A DNA stretch of 63,999 bases, the filler included, from Stramenopiles sp. TOSAG23-3 (Eukaryota): NCBI GenBank assembly GCA_900128585.1. It is 19 parts of 19 records of this genome, joined end to end, with 100 filler letters (N's around TTAATTAATTAA, not from the genome) between each part and the next. Parts side by side here need not be neighbours in the genome. Positions count along the whole stretch, not along the records: positions 43,940 to 47,203 come from LT644319.1; positions 47,304 to 50,567 come from LT644320.1; positions 50,668 to 53,930 come from LT644321.1; positions 54,031 to 57,292 come from LT644322.1; 15 more parts are not named here. One strand, 5' to 3'. The notes below the pieces were generated by a model. The model did no database searches and was not told where the DNA came from. It saw only the letters and a program-made list of their open reading frames with translations. Shown here in pieces: positions 44,451-55,726 of this stretch. The translations under genes were made by a program, and so were the position numbers. Positions within the stretch are counted from its first letter, which is position 1; every line of letters begins with the position of its first letter.

Positions 44451-45209
44451 ATGCATTTTGCAGAAGAGAATCTTCCGTATTCTCCGATTTTGCAACCTAG
44501 CGCTTCGCCGCCGAAACCTCAGTGGGGTCGTTCGCAACGGACGCGAAGGGCTTCGAATTTCAACCAAAATTGGGTACCGGAGATCGACAACAACAGGGAC
44601 ACGTTCGGAACGATTCATCAGGTATGGAAAGCGGAGGTGAACGATGCGCTGGCAGCAGAAACGAAGAAAAGGGAGGACAAGCGCCACAAGCGGGCAACGA
44701 AGCATGTTCCGGGAGCCTCTATGAACTGCCACGGCGTGACTTCCGTCGCACGGGGTCTGGGCGAGATTCTTCTTAGCAAAGTGAACAGACCCGACCAGAA
44801 CAATCACATAAAAGTCGGAGAGGAGCTATTGAAGGATTTAAAAATACGCAATGTAGCTGAGAGAAGGCAAGGGCGGCACCACATGTACCACAGAAAGGCA
44901 TGGGAAGACAAGAGAACTTCGTTGAATGAAACTCCAATCAAGAGATTAATAGCAATGAAGTTGGAGTACGAAGAGCGACGAAAATGGCTCCGGGAATCGA
45001 CACTTTCACAAGAGTGGAAAAAGAGGCACAAGAAACGAGTGTACAACCCTGTGAACGTGGCATCGCAGCATTCAATAGAGTGGGGAACACCAGAAATTAA
45101 ACGCAAAGAATACGACGAGCGTCGCGCATTTCTGAAGAGCAATCTGTCTTCTAAAGAACGGGCCGCCATAGCCCGGCACCTTAACCTGTCCCCTCAGAAG
45201 TACTACTGA
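44451..45209 (+). CDS. Hypothetical basic helical protein
   Basis: 252-aa ATG ORF with coding-like composition; no family recognised. Confidence 0.75.
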   Translation: MHFAEENLPYSPILQPSASPPKPQWGRSQRTRRASNFNQNWVPEIDNNRDTFGTIHQVWKAEVNDALAAETKKREDKRHKRATKHVPGASMNCHGVTSVARGLGEILLSKVNRPDQNNHIKVGEELLKDLKIRNVAERRQGRHHMYHRKAWEDKRTSLNETPIKRLIAMKLEYEERRKWLRESTLSQEWKKRHKKRVYNPVNVASQHSIEWGTPEIKRKEYDERRAFLKSNLSSKERAAIARHLNLSPQKYY

Positions 45210-45297
45210 TATCCGTGCGTACACACGCGGTTGTAAAGGCAAAAATGCAAAATATGAAAATACGAGCACAGTACAAAGTAAGTTTTAGGGAAATCTT

Positions 45298-45462
45298 AAA
45301 ACAAGAAAATTGGCTCTGTTATTTAAAAGTAAATAAAATTAATGTACTGCGAACTGAAATCTACAAAAAACGAAGAGAGAGGTTTTTAATATTTTTACAC
45401 AAAGTGTGTACTCAAAAAATTTAATTCTTCGTATACAATAAAAAAAAACAAATTATATATAG
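45298..45462. repeat. Dispersed 3'-intergenic repeat, modules A, C and B
   Basis: A variant at 45298. 45334-45362 is an exact 29-bp reverse complement of 63963-63991. B at 45445. Confidence 0.88.
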
Positions 45463-45662
45463 TTAATATTTGTTTTTACACATGTTTCAGTGTTTTTCTA
45501 ATCAGGAAGTATATCTTTTGGGTAAACAGTTCTGTCGTATCTAGATGTCAGAGCGCATATATTTAGGTTGTAAGAGTTGTTCGTAAAATCCCAGTTTAGG
45601 CAACTGCTTCATACACACAAAGGAAAAACTCACTTTTTGGTAAAAGGAAAAATTAACTGTTT

Positions 45663-46955
45663 TTACAGATCGTACGCACTTTCGATGCCTCGTTTACACT
45701 CTTCCAACGGTTGAGCCCCTACTATACTCGCAATGTTGATACCGTCTCTGAAGCATAGCGTAATTGGGTACCCGGGAAACGCAAATTTCTTTCTTACCCA
45801 GCTGTTGTCTGGCTCGTGAACCACATGAAAGTTAACAAGGGGGTATTCGTTCACGAGCTTGTCAAACGTGCACGAATCGTCTTGTACAAACGCGTTTGTG
45901 TCCTTGTCAAACCCGACGAAGACTCTTGAAAAGTGGCACCATTGCCCGTAAAAAGTAACAACATGGTAGCCTTTTTTGACGCCTGCCTCGAACGCTTCCA
46001 CACTTTCCCACTGGTTCTTTTCCTTGTCAGGCACGAGGCACTTCTCCCTCCGTTTCAAAACAAACAACCGTTCGAAGTTTGACGGAAACGGGTTTAGTTT
46101 AACGGATTTTGAAACTTCCCACTCTAGTTCAAGTCGGTCAAAAAACGATTCCCCCCCATTCACCCCACCCCTGCCTTCCCCTACGTATATCAGCGTATCT
46201 CCTTTATACCTTTTCAACGCGTCGAGGGCCAGCCGGCTATCCTCCAAAAGCGGCGGGTAGCAGAGGAAAAGTGTTCTGTGCGTATGCGCTGGGTTCAACA
46301 GTTCCGATTCGTCCCCGAACTGCACCGTGGACACGTGCTTGGGATCTCTCCGATGGCCATCATCGGAGGATGACGCGGACGGCGGCGCAATCGAGCTGTT
46401 ATTGTCGAAGCCAACCATGTCCCCATGCGGGTAGTGCTTTGTCATAAACGCCTGCAGCCATTTGCCCGCCCCGGCGCCAAGCTCTATCAACGGGCTGTGG
46501 TCCAGCAATATGTCGAGCGCTTCGTCTGTCCACGCCGCGCAACCGTACTTTTCAACGTACTCGGCCCTCTTTTCATTTGCGTTTTTAACCCCATAAATGA
46601 TCTCGTTCGATTCCTTATTGACGCGGACTTGCAGTTCCACCACACAACGGTCCTGCTGGCGCAGATCCGTCGTTGTCCGTTTGCAGATGTCGACGTGCTC
46701 TCGCATTTCGACCATGTATTTCATCAGTTTGTCTTGGGCTTCCTTTCGTTTTTTCAAACCTTGCTCCAACTCTTTCCACTCAAAAGGCGACGTTTGTGCA
46801 GAAGATGATTCACTCTTTCCCCAAAACGCACGCACAGGCTCGCGCGAACTATCACCGTCCAAACCCCACAACGAGCAAAGGCACGCGGCTGCGCCAGACG
46901 ATGCCAAGATACCTGCGCTACCCCGCTGGGAGTTTGCGAAGTGTCGAAAGAACAT
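45663..46955 (-). CDS. Class I SAM methyltransferase-like domain fused to a thioredoxin-like domain
   Basis: LIELGAGAGKW, TLFLCYPP and LIYVGEGRGG; then VVTFYGQWCHFS...GYPITLCFRDG...IVGA. Likely ATG at 46955. Confidence 0.8.
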   Translation of the reverse strand: MFFRHFANSQRGSAGILASSGAAACLCSLWGLDGDSSREPVRAFWGKSESSSAQTSPFEWKELEQGLKKRKEAQDKLMKYMVEMREHVDICKRTTTDLRQQDRCVVELQVRVNKESNEIIYGVKNANEKRAEYVEKYGCAAWTDEALDILLDHSPLIELGAGAGKWLQAFMTKHYPHGDMVGFDNNSSIAPPSASSSDDGHRRDPKHVSTVQFGDESELLNPAHTHRTLFLCYPPLLEDSRLALDALKRYKGDTLIYVGEGRGGVNGGESFFDRLELEWEVSKSVKLNPFPSNFERLFVLKRREKCLVPDKEKNQWESVEAFEAGVKKGYHVVTFYGQWCHFSRVFVGFDKDTNAFVQDDSCTFDKLVNEYPLVNFHVVHEPDNSWVRKKFAFPGYPITLCFRDGINIASIVGAQPLEECKRGIESAYDL

Positions 46956-49311
46956 ACCGTAACAACTTAATAGCAACCAACCGACCGTTCTTTTACACAA
47001 TTGGTGTACCGGCAAGGCAAATGGTTAGTGTTGCGGTGGCAAGATTCGACGCAAAAATCGTGAGTTTACACAGCGTATGTAAAGCAGTTGAATTGCTGCT
47101 AGAAAAAAAGCATTTTAATTATGATGAAAGTATACAATGCAGAAAAAAGGGAAATTTATTATTATAATAGAAAGTTACCGTATTATTATTATAGAGTATA
47201 ATTNNNNNNNNNNNNNNNNNNNNNNNNNNNNNNNNNNNNNNNNNNNNTTAATTAATTAANNNNNNNNNNNNNNNNNNNNNNNNNNNNNNNNNNNNNNNNN
47301 NNNAATTGGAGAAGGAAGGAATGAACGCGCTTGGTTTATTTGATAGCAAAGGATTTAGTAGTATTTGTATTATATAAGTACGATATCAGGTAAAATATTC
47401 CTGTACCTTGTAAATGAAATTTTCACCTGGTAGTGAGTGAGTGAGTGAGTGAGGGACAGCGAGTGGCGTAAAATGAAAGAAAAATAACAAGAACAAAGCA
47501 TTACTGAATATCGAAATAATATAGAAATAGCATACAATATAAATGTATTAATGACAATACTAATATATTATACTTATACATATTCTTATTCCTATTCATT
47601 TGAATAAAATATTCGTTGATTGCATTGGTTGTTTCTGGTGCTATTTTCCTACTAATAATCTAAATAAATAAAATTTAAATAAAATAATAAAATCGATCGA
47701 GCAGATCTCTTCCTTCTCCTTGCTTTCTTTCAGTTGCTCTCTGGCGCAAACGTTATCCAAAATATTTTATAATAAAATAACGAGAGCAAGATTATTATAT
47801 TGATTTAACAACACGAAAATGCAGGTGTGTTACTTTCGCGGCATTTAGATGGTGATGATGCGAAAATCTCCCCTTTCTTGCTTTTCTATTTATTCTTCCC
47901 TCCTTCATCACTCATTCCTTTCCTTCCTTCCTTCCTTTCCTTCCTTCCCTTCCTTCCTTCCTTGAAGACAGGAGATGATTTCATTTTTTATTTCAGAAGA
48001 ATTTTAGAAATATTTCAGAAGAAGAATTTCAGAACTAATTAAAACTAGAGATAAAAATACCACCACCACCAAAAAGAAAGAACTCTTTTCCTTCCCTTCT
48101 GCAAACAACACCACAACAGGGCGCCCTCGTCGCGTGCGCCGTGCGTGTAGTACAAAAAAATGCTCGAAGCTAATTAAGTGTGAGAAGAGAAAAGGGAAAA
48201 AATAATCAAATAATTATTGTTGTATATCATGCAATTTGCATGTTAGAAATGATAAAGGCGAAATTAAATGAACGTATGTACATACACTACTACTACACTA
48301 TACACTGTACTTTATAATTAAAATAGAAGAAATATCTTCAACATTTAATAAATAAAATGACACATAATCACATAATTACAATTAAAAAATAGAACAACCG
48401 AAGAAGCGATTTTGGAAGAAGAAGAATTCTCAGCAGCTATTATTATTATAGCAGATTCTTTTTCTTTCTTTCTTTCTTTCTTTCAGTTCACCTGCTGTCT
48501 TTATATTAACAGTGCAGGTCCCATTAGGTCGTTTTGATTAACTAATCGTTTTAATGCTATTTTTATGTATATAACTATTGATCAAAACAAAAAAATGGAA
48601 ATGCCATGCTATTTGTATGTTATTTATTTATTATAAATGAGAACAAATGAATCAATAAATTTAATTTTCATTTATATATACACAGCATAGAAATAGAAAC
48701 AGAAAAGGGCAAATTATTATGAAAACAAATATTATATATATAAACATAGCATAGGGAAACTATTAATTTTTTTTAGTTTTTAATAATAATAATAATTATT
48801 ATGACTAAAAAAAAAAACAGAAAAAATGGATTTTTTATTTTATTATACATCAACATAGCATTGGAATGAACTTTTTTTTTTTTACAAAAGAAGAAGAAGA
48901 ACGAAAAAAGAGAATAATAATAAATAATTAATAATAAAAAAATATAGTGTTATAAGTATAATAATAGTGAGTTTTAATTAGAAGGAAGGAAAAGGATAAT
49001 CAACACAAACAAGTAAACGTCATCCAAAACATTTTCATCGAGGAAGAAGGGACAAAATCAAGAACAACAATCAAATCATTTTGTTTGTATACATTAAAAT
49101 TACTTACGTGTTCAAAGGGAACGAAGGAAAGCAGTTTTCAACGCTCTTTTTTGTCGAATTAGCAAACACGCATCACAGAGACAGACAGCTCGCATCAGCG
49201 AGTGCCAGGACGAGCCAGTGTCAGGAGAAGCTTTGTGTGGTCGGTTGCGTCTGTAGATCCCCCCTACACTGGCATCGATACGCTCGCACATACTAACGCA
49301 GTATCACGCAC

Positions 49312-50499
49312 ATGTCCCGTTACCGAGCTAATTTAGAAGTTTGCGACGCTGCGCTGCCCCAGGGGGGAGGGGCCCTTGCGAAGGGGCCGTCGCCGTTCGC
49401 GTCGGACGACACCGTCCCGTACGGCGATGACGAGGAACTCGCAACACTAAAGGAAAGACCGAAACGGCGGAAACGGTCCCGCAGCTACAGCAATTTTGAC
49501 CCAACGGCGACCAAGGCGCCAAGGAAAACTGGGCCCCGCGCGACGAAGAAGCCGAAGAAGAAGCCCGACACTGGGCCGTCCAGCACAAGCAATGCCCCGA
49601 GCACCGAGGAAGAGGACGTTTGCTGCATATGCCTGGACGTCCCCAAAGTCCGAGGGAAGATCAACTCGTGCGACCATAGATACTGCTACTGCTGCATAAA
49701 GCGGTGGTCGGAGGAAACGAACACGTGCCCGCAGTGCAAGAAACGCTTTACAAAATTAGAGCGGGTCCCCGCGGCCGACGATGCCAGTGCCCCGAAAGGG
49801 AAAAAGCCCAAGCGGAAGAAGAAGGACGTCATTACCATCAAGAAAAAAGACATACAATCCTCGAGCGACCATCAACTGTCTGGGATCCTGGCCCGCGTGT
49901 TCGAGCACTTTGCCCTTCGACCAGTATCTGCCGTTGACCACCCACGGAGCCGGAACAACCCGCGCTCGGGACTCCACCGTCTGTTTCGACTCGAGAGACG
50001 GGTTACCCCGAACGCCCCGCCCACGTCCATCGACGACCCTATCAGTTTGCTGGATTCAGACGATGAGAGCGCTGGAAGCAACGGCGAGAGCCCCACGAGC
50101 ACCAGCACCAGCAGCGCCCCCGCGATTCGCTCAGAGGTAGACATGGGAATGTCAGGCGCGTCGTCCTCGTTAAACGACCTGGTAACGGATTTGCCCACTC
50201 TAATCCGCCGAATAGGAGCCGTCCGTGGGGAACGCTTCCGTATGTCCCAGGTGAGTGGGATTGCCCAGATCCCCACCTCCATCCAGGACGGCCGTGGCAC
50301 GTCTGCGGAGACTGCGATCGCCCTGCTTTCCGACGACGAGGAGGATGACGAGGAGGCGCAAACGGGACTGGGCTTTGACGACGACACGGACGACTCCGAT
50401 TCCGATTTTATGACAGAAGACGACGACTTTGATCTCTCCGACGACGATTCCAATTTTCTTACCGAAGACGAGGACTTGCTCGACCTTGTCTTTGACTAG
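49312..50499 (+). CDS. RING-HC E3 ubiquitin ligase with SIM-like motifs and an acidic tail
   Basis: CCICLD...SCDHRYCYCCIKRWSEETNTCPQCK; PISLLDSDDE; AIALLSDDEE. Confidence 0.88.
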   Translation: MSRYRANLEVCDAALPQGGGALAKGPSPFASDDTVPYGDDEELATLKERPKRRKRSRSYSNFDPTATKAPRKTGPRATKKPKKKPDTGPSSTSNAPSTEEEDVCCICLDVPKVRGKINSCDHRYCYCCIKRWSEETNTCPQCKKRFTKLERVPAADDASAPKGKKPKRKKKDVITIKKKDIQSSSDHQLSGILARVFEHFALRPVSAVDHPRSRNNPRSGLHRLFRLERRVTPNAPPTSIDDPISLLDSDDESAGSNGESPTSTSTSSAPAIRSEVDMGMSGASSSLNDLVTDLPTLIRRIGAVRGERFRMSQVSGIAQIPTSIQDGRGTSAETAIALLSDDEEDDEEAQTGLGFDDDTDDSDSDFMTEDDDFDLSDDDSNFLTEDEDLLDLVFD

Positions 50500-50669
50500 C
50501 GAACGCAACGGCGACGCAACCACCATCAGCAGTCGAACTTTGTGCCCCCCCCCCCCCCCCCCCCCCCNNNNNNNNNNNNNNNNNNNNNNNNNNNNNNNNN
50601 NNNNNNNNNNNTTAATTAATTAANNNNNNNNNNNNNNNNNNNNNNNNNNNNNNNNNNNNNNNNNNNNAT

Positions 50670-51575
50670 GAATTATCTGAAAATTCTAAATCTATTTTAG
50701 ATGAATTTAGTGGTGGATTAACTGGTATGCGTTCCAATAAAAGTACGGCACGTAGGAGTAATAATAATAAAAAGCGTAGTACGAAAAAAAGCAATACAAA
50801 ACGAAAAAATCCAAATAGTATCTTTAGGAAAAAATCGAAGAAAAAAGGTTTATATGGCAAAGCACGTAGAATGTACGAAGCAGAATTAGAAAAACAAAAA
50901 GTAAAATTTACGGAAGTGCAACGAGAACGTTTTAGATATATTTTCAGTTTAATAGATGAAGATAAAAGTGGACATGTAGATCAACATGAATTAATGACAT
51001 CGTTACGTATTAATGATGAAGTGATATCATTTGTGAAAAAATCACCATTATTACAACCATTATTACGTGATCGTGATTTACAACGAACATTCATGGCAAT
51101 GGATACAGATGGTGAAGGTGGTATTACCTTTGAAGAGTTTGAAGCATTTTTATTATCAAATGCAACTGTACAAATTGTGGAAGAGGATGAACGTGTATTT
51201 CAAGAAGAAATGAGAAAAGAACAAGAAATGAAAAATAAAAAACAACATGATCAAGATTTAGAGGAAGAAAGTATTGGACGTAATATTAATTTAAGTATGA
51301 AAAAAAGTAATGAAGATGCATTGTTGGAAAAAATATTTAATTTAATAGATGTGAATGGTATTGGTAAAGTTGGTAAAGAAGAATTTATATTTGCATGGAA
51401 ATCCATACCAGATGTGAAGAAATTATCACAAAAATCACAAACATTAGGACCACTTAGTAAACGACATGGTTTTACAAAAGCATTGTTGGAATTAAATACG
51501 GAGAATAGTGATAGCATGACATTTGATGAATTTCATAATTTTTGCCATGTTGGTTTTGTGAATAAGAAGAAGTGA
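50670..51575 (+). CDS. Multi-EF-hand calcium-binding protein, 5' partial
   Basis: DEDKSGHVDQHE, DTDGEGGITFEE, DVNGIGKVGKEE and NTENSDSMTFDE loops. Frame is open to the contig edge. Confidence 0.88.
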   Translation, partial: ELSENSKSILDEFSGGLTGMRSNKSTARRSNNNKKRSTKKSNTKRKNPNSIFRKKSKKKGLYGKARRMYEAELEKQKVKFTEVQRERFRYIFSLIDEDKSGHVDQHELMTSLRINDEVISFVKKSPLLQPLLRDRDLQRTFMAMDTDGEGGITFEEFEAFLLSNATVQIVEEDERVFQEEMRKEQEMKNKKQHDQDLEEESIGRNINLSMKKSNEDALLEKIFNLIDVNGIGKVGKEEFIFAWKSIPDVKKLSQKSQTLGPLSKRHGFTKALLELNTENSDSMTFDEFHNFCHVGFVNKKK

Positions 51576-51909
51576 GAGGGATTGAGAGATTTGAGAGAGT
51601 GAAATTTGGTGGTATTAGCAATAGGAGGTGTGTGATAGCTGAGAGATGAGACTCTAGACTCTAGACTTTTAAAGTGAATATTATTAGGCTGTAAAATAGC
51701 AGGTAAATAGTATAACACACAGTATTTTAAAATCACAAGATTATTAGTTAATTATAGTCCACTTTTATTCGTCCTTTGATGCACTCACACACCCACATCT
51801 CTCTCACTCTCTTGTGTCCTTTCTATCAATTTAAACAAGTATACAGTATACACACACATCTCTCTCACGCTCACACAAAAACACAACTCTCCTATCCTCT
51901 TCTCCCCTT

Positions 51910-53532
51910 TTAAACATTCTCCATCAATGTCCCTGCTGCATTCCCCAATATTGTATCAAATTCACCAGCAACATCACCAACTAAATTCATGATGATATCA
52001 TTTTCTAACAATTCAATAATTTGTGTTTGATTTAATCCTGTATTATGTAAACTATGTTCTTTTGTTTCTAAATGCGTTGCAAAACGAGTACGATTTCTTT
52101 CAATGTCAACAATATCTTGATATCCTAATCCTTTACTCATATTCTTCATGATTTTATTTTTTTTAATAATCAATTCTTTCTCTCTACGTGTTACTGGAAT
52201 CGTTACACCAGGAAATAATTCATTATTCTTATTATTTGAATTCCCATCTTCCATCATATTATTACGATTAATAGTTTTAAATTCATTTCCATTACCATCA
52301 ATACGAATACCAGTTTCACTAATATCCATAGTCGATCGATGTGATGATGAAGTACGAAACTCTGTCCTCCTCCTACTACTATTACGTTGACCGTCATTAC
52401 TGATACCAGTAAAAATATTATGATTATTATCATCAATCGTATTATCTATTTGCAATGAATTCAATGGATTATTATCATTATTTAATCCTAAATCTTCTTC
52501 ATGCAATAAACGTTGATTGACTTTATTAACTATATCATCTTCCATCATTTCTAATTTGCTCATTTCTTTGCGTGCTTGAGCAAGTAATAAAGGCAATTCT
52601 TCCCTTCGTTTACGTTCTCGTTCAATTTCTTCATTTTCATTTAATATCGAACATGTATCATTTAAAATAGAATCTAATACCATGTCCACAAGCTCATCGA
52701 TATTATCTCCAATTACACTTGCACTTTTCTTTGCTAATATATTCATAATAGTATTATTATATATGAAATGTGATTTTCGTGTCTTATTTTGTGCTTCTAC
52801 TAATATTTCTTCCGCTTCTCGAATTAATGGAAAAATCATATTTCGTAAATTTGTTATGGAATTAACACTTTTGTCTAAAAATGTATTTGGGTTTCGTTGT
52901 TGTTGTTTAATCTCATTTAATGTAATTTTTGCTTGCGCTTCTAAATATGCTTTTTGTTTTTTAATTAATTTTTCAACTTCCAATCTCGCTTTTTCATATC
53001 TAGCATCATTTGCATTTGGACTACTACCACTACTTTTACTGTTACCATTCTTATTACGATAATTATTATTATTTGATGGACTAACACTTCTTCTTGCGGA
53101 TTGACTTAATGGTGAACTACGTGATCGACGTAAATAACCACCACTACTTCTTGCACTTCGAGAACTACTTGACAAACTTTTTCGTATGATACGTTTCTTG
53201 TTACTTTTATTTTTTGTTTTTGTTGCTGATGCAGCAGTAGTATTGATTTGATCATCCTCCTCTTCATGCAAATCTAATGCATCAATTACATTACTATTGT
53301 TACTTGTACGTGGTGTATTTCGTTTCTTGATGGAACTTGATTTATTACGTTTGCTACTATTATTCCTTTTTTTCTGGCCTTTATGTTTTGAAACAATATT
53401 AGCAGGTGTAAATGGTAATGTATGTCGATTATCTTGACTATCAATTGGTATATCAATGCTTACATTTATTCTATTGTTTTTATTATTATTATTATTCATA
53501 CGTGGAGAAATACTTTTATTTAACTTTGGCAT
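51910..53532 (-). CDS. Asn-rich coiled-coil protein, C-terminus resembling Moonraker/KIAA0753
   Basis: 540-aa ORF. Terminal DIERNRTRFATHL...QIIELLENDIIMNLVGDVAGEF; resemblance is from recall, not a search. Confidence 0.65.
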   Translation of the reverse strand: MPKLNKSISPRMNNNNNKNNRINVSIDIPIDSQDNRHTLPFTPANIVSKHKGQKKRNNSSKRNKSSSIKKRNTPRTSNNSNVIDALDLHEEEDDQINTTAASATKTKNKSNKKRIIRKSLSSSSRSARSSGGYLRRSRSSPLSQSARRSVSPSNNNNYRNKNGNSKSSGSSPNANDARYEKARLEVEKLIKKQKAYLEAQAKITLNEIKQQQRNPNTFLDKSVNSITNLRNMIFPLIREAEEILVEAQNKTRKSHFIYNNTIMNILAKKSASVIGDNIDELVDMVLDSILNDTCSILNENEEIERERKRREELPLLLAQARKEMSKLEMMEDDIVNKVNQRLLHEEDLGLNNDNNPLNSLQIDNTIDDNNHNIFTGISNDGQRNSSRRRTEFRTSSSHRSTMDISETGIRIDGNGNEFKTINRNNMMEDGNSNNKNNELFPGVTIPVTRREKELIIKKNKIMKNMSKGLGYQDIVDIERNRTRFATHLETKEHSLHNTGLNQTQIIELLENDIIMNLVGDVAGEFDTILGNAAGTLMENV

Positions 53533-54031
53533 GTTGTTGTTGTTGTTGTTGTTATATATCTCGTCGTCGTCTTCTTCTTCTTCTTCTTCAGGTCTTTGTT
53601 GTTGCTGTGGTGTATCTTGTACAATTTGATTATTCGTAGTACTTATGTACGAAGTGGATAATAATGATTCAGAGACTGTGTGTAAAATAAGTTTTTGTTA
53701 GTATGTGGTCTGTGTGTGTTTCTATAGAAGATATATATATTTCATACATACGCATTGATTCATAACTTGAACGATTGTTGATATTATTATTATTATTATC
53801 ATCATATGATAAGCGTAATGGACCATCTTCACCAACTTCTGTCATCGAAACATGTGTTGTTTGTGTACTATTTAAAGAACGATTATGTTGTAATATTGCT
53901 GGTGATTTCTTTCTTTTTTTTATTGATGACNNNNNNNNNNNNNNNNNNNNNNNNNNNNNNNNNNNNNNNNNNNNTTAATTAATTAANNNNNNNNNNNNNN
54001 NNNNNNNNNNNNNNNNNNNNNNNNNNNNNNA

Positions 54032-55726
54032 AAAGTGGGAAAGGGGGCTTACGGAGATGTGTACCGTGCGACCCATATTGCCACCCGGGAGCCGATGGCG
54101 ATCAAGATAATCGATCTTGAATACTCGGAGGATGACATCGAAGAGGTGAGAAAAGAGATATCAATAATGTCTGAGCTCCAGTCGAAGTACCTAACACGAC
54201 TGCACGAATCGTTTGCCGAGGGTTGTAAGCTATACATTGTTATGGAGTTTCTGGACGGGGGGTCAGTCCGAGACTTACTGGACGAGATGGACGAGGCGTT
54301 TTCAGAACCGCTTTGCGCCTATATGATTCATGAAGTCGTACTTGGTTTGAATTATTTGCATTCGAATGGAAAGATTCACCGCGACCTGAAGTGCGACAAC
54401 TTGTTGATGAGCTCCGAGGGAAGCGTGAAGTTGGGCGATTTTGGAGGAACTGGTAGGTTGACGGAGACGGAGGACAAGCGGAATACCTTTGTGGGCAGCC
54501 CGTTCTGGATGGCCCCCGAAGTTATTAAAGAAAACGACTATGACACGGCCGCGGACATCTGGTCTTTAGGAGTTCTCGCCTTTGAATTGGCAAAAGGCCA
54601 ACCGCCCTATTCACAGTTGCACCCGATGCGAGTGCTTTTTCTCATTCCAAAAAACCCTGCGCCTGTCCTTGAAGGGTCGTTTTCAAAGCCCTTTAAAGAC
54701 TTCGTCGGCCGGTGTCTTAACAAAGACCCAAAGAAACGACCAAGTGCAGCAGAGTTGTTGAAGCACCCCTTTCTCAATTTGAACACCAACACGTTGAAGA
54801 AACGCAGGGCAGACCTTGCTCGAGTGGCCGCGGCCAACAAAGAAATTGCTGGGGAAACGTCAATTTGCAGCTCCGTGGAGGGGGAAGACGGGAACGATCA
54901 AGGGCGGGAGGACGGTGCCGCCGCCGGGGGCGAAACGGATGCCGATGGAGTCGAGGGGTTGGATCGTGGCCCAATTGCTCGAAAGAAACCAGAAGCTTCA
55001 CGGGATGATCATGGCGATGGCTGGGACTTTTCTTCTGTGAAAGTGACCCGATCCACGAAGAAAAACTACGGTATGGACAGCCAGGCAAGTGCCATGAAGT
55101 TCTTGAGTCTCCGGGACCAACTAACTCGTGCCCGCAAAGGCATTGGTATGGCAATTCAGTCCGACAAGAAGGGCAACAGCCTCAAGGTAGACGATGCAGA
55201 CCACGGGGCAAACATGCCAGGGACTGCCGCCAGTCATGGAACGGGTCGCAGATCAGACAGAGACTCTGCCTCCACGTGGAGGCCCCGGTCACTGTATTCG
55301 GCCTCCGGGACCATCAGCTCGCGAGGTTCGCATTCCTCAATGCCCAGAAACACAATCTTGGAGTCTGTTGTCAAGCCTTCAGTCGAAAAACTTGCTAGCA
55401 GTGTTGACCAGAGAGACCCTCAGTTTGCGGATGTAATGGGAGCACTTGCCCAACTAAAAAGTTCTTTCGAAATGCTAGAGAAATGCACCGCAAATGGTCT
55501 TCGAGAAGGTGATCTTGTACATAATCTAATGGCCAGCATGTTTGCGTTGGCTAAAAATAGTAACGCCAAGGCTTTAAAATGCCTATACGAAAATCCCTCG
55601 CTGTCAATTGAATTGGGCGATAAAGAGAACGACTTTTCCGCTAATCGTAAGATGCTCAAAGTGTCTCAGAAACTGTTGAGTGCATGGGAAGACAGAACTA
55701 AAGATATATTGAGCAAAGGAGTGTAA
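54032..55726 (+). CDS. STE20 GCK-III kinase (MST3/STK24/STK25-like), 5' partial
   Basis: GKGAYG, AIKIIDLE, HRDLK, DFG, KRNTFVGSPFWMAPEVI and HPMRVLFLIPKN; GWDF motif. Confidence 0.92.
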   Translation, partial: KVGKGAYGDVYRATHIATREPMAIKIIDLEYSEDDIEEVRKEISIMSELQSKYLTRLHESFAEGCKLYIVMEFLDGGSVRDLLDEMDEAFSEPLCAYMIHEVVLGLNYLHSNGKIHRDLKCDNLLMSSEGSVKLGDFGGTGRLTETEDKRNTFVGSPFWMAPEVIKENDYDTAADIWSLGVLAFELAKGQPPYSQLHPMRVLFLIPKNPAPVLEGSFSKPFKDFVGRCLNKDPKKRPSAAELLKHPFLNLNTNTLKKRRADLARVAAANKEIAGETSICSSVEGEDGNDQGREDGAAAGGETDADGVEGLDRGPIARKKPEASRDDHGDGWDFSSVKVTRSTKKNYGMDSQASAMKFLSLRDQLTRARKGIGMAIQSDKKGNSLKVDDADHGANMPGTAASHGTGRRSDRDSASTWRPRSLYSASGTISSRGSHSSMPRNTILESVVKPSVEKLASSVDQRDPQFADVMGALAQLKSSFEMLEKCTANGLREGDLVHNLMASMFALAKNSNAKALKCLYENPSLSIELGDKENDFSANRKMLKVSQKLLSAWEDRTKDILSKGV

